Shown here one piece after another: positions 63,297-64,000 of a DNA stretch of 64,000 bases (its first letter is position 1; the number at the start of each line of letters is the position of its first letter). The notes beneath the pieces are model-generated. The model saw only the letters and a program-made list of their open reading frames with translations, ran no database searches and had not been told where the DNA came from. The stretch covers positions 11,284,001-11,348,000 of the forward strand of contig OZ176050.1 in the NCBI GenBank assembly GCA_964247055.1, in the 5' to 3' direction. Source of the DNA: Paragordius varius (lineage: Eukaryota; Animalia; Nematomorpha). Made by a program: the position numbers and the translations under genes.

Positions 63297-63658
63297 AACA
63301 CCAATTAAAATAAAAAATAAATTAACCTTCATAAAATCGGAAAAATATTTTTTTTATAAAAAAGAAAATAAAAAATGTTATAAATTTTTCCACCTGCATT
63401 TTCTTTTTAAGAGCCAAAACTAAAAAAACACGTATCCCCTTCATAGTCTTAAAAAAATACAAATTTGATAAAATTTTCTTCTTCGCACTCATACCATGCC
63501 AGAAAAGCTTAGGCGCCTTGTCTTCATAGTGTAGGGAATTTTTCGTGCTGTTTTGGCTAAAAAGAAAACTGTAAAAAGATCATTTTCAATTTTTTTTATA
63601 ATGAAAAAATCATTTTTGCAAATATTATGAAGGTAAATTATTTTTGTATTAATTAGGG
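63297..63658. mobile_element. Possible degenerate small TIR element nested in the 61532-63876 element
   Basis: AAATAAATTAACCTTCATAA near 63315 and TTATGAAGGTAAATTATTT near 63625 form an imperfect inverted pair. Confidence 0.3.
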
Positions 63659-64000
63659 GATTCTAACAATGAGAATGTTTTAGCTCCCAACAGTATTTCG
63701 GATTGTGACAACTATGTTCATAAAAAAGAGATAGCGATTATAATTTTTAAAAACCCAATAATCTTTTTTATGTACTACGAAATAATTTCGTGGGTCAGTA
63801 TTTTACGCATTGGATAAACCATTTATGTTATTGGACTGGCAATAAAACTACTGAACATACATTAAAATGCATACTGTATTGTAAAAAATATTTTTTCTAT
63901 GTGAATAATTGTCGACTAAGCCAATGCCCAATCCGTTATAGGGAGCCAGTCTATTTGCTAACACTGCTCGACAAAGTTTTGCACCACCCCCCCCCCCATT

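Larger units (their letters stand above)
61532..63876. mobile_element. 2.3-kb TA-flanked TIR element (CAGTATG ends, Tc1/mariner/pogo type) with internal tandem repeats and unidentified cargo
   Basis: TA|CAGTATGCATTTTAAAGTATGTTCAGTAATTTTATTGCCAGTCCAATAACATAAATGG ... inverted copy ending ATGCATACTG|TA; TIR about 105 bp. Confidence 0.9.

Noticed and set aside
1-64000. tRNA, rRNA, snRNA or spliced-leader RNA genes
   Set aside because: No cloverleaf, rRNA or snRNA signature was recognised by eye; a covariance-model scan would be needed to exclude divergent ones.

Overview
This is very AT-rich DNA (roughly 25-30% GC by eye) from an invertebrate animal. Four intron-containing host genes were reconstructed by hand from GT-AG sites, codon phase and remembered homologue motifs: a GNAT/YitH-like acetyltransferase (+, 872-2456), a ZMYND8/RACK7-like PHD-bromo-PWWP-MYND chromatin reader (-, 2722 to at least 8435), Mediator subunit MED12 (-, 22330-45009, 42 exons, about 3750 codons) and a stand-alone secreted peptidyl-alpha-hydroxyglycine alpha-amidating lyase, PAL (+, 48642-58581, 9 exons, 401 aa). 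Intergenic DNA and long introns hold many transposon copies: mariner, hAT/Buster, piggyBac-like, Helitron, Chapaev3-like, possible MULE and Gypsy relics, an RTE LINE and several MITE families. The most notable observations are (1) 23-39 nt spliceosomal introns clustered at the 5' ends of MED12 and ZMYND8, (2) an in-frame TAA inside a conserved exon of an otherwise phase-consistent MED12, (3) a tandem repeat inside a transposon whose units each carry an acceptor and a donor splice site, and (4) a compound Helitron with two 5' ends. No rRNA, tRNA, CRISPR array or prokaryotic system was seen. No searches could be run, so all family assignments rest on motif recognition. A flatworm-like or mesozoan-like host is only an inference.
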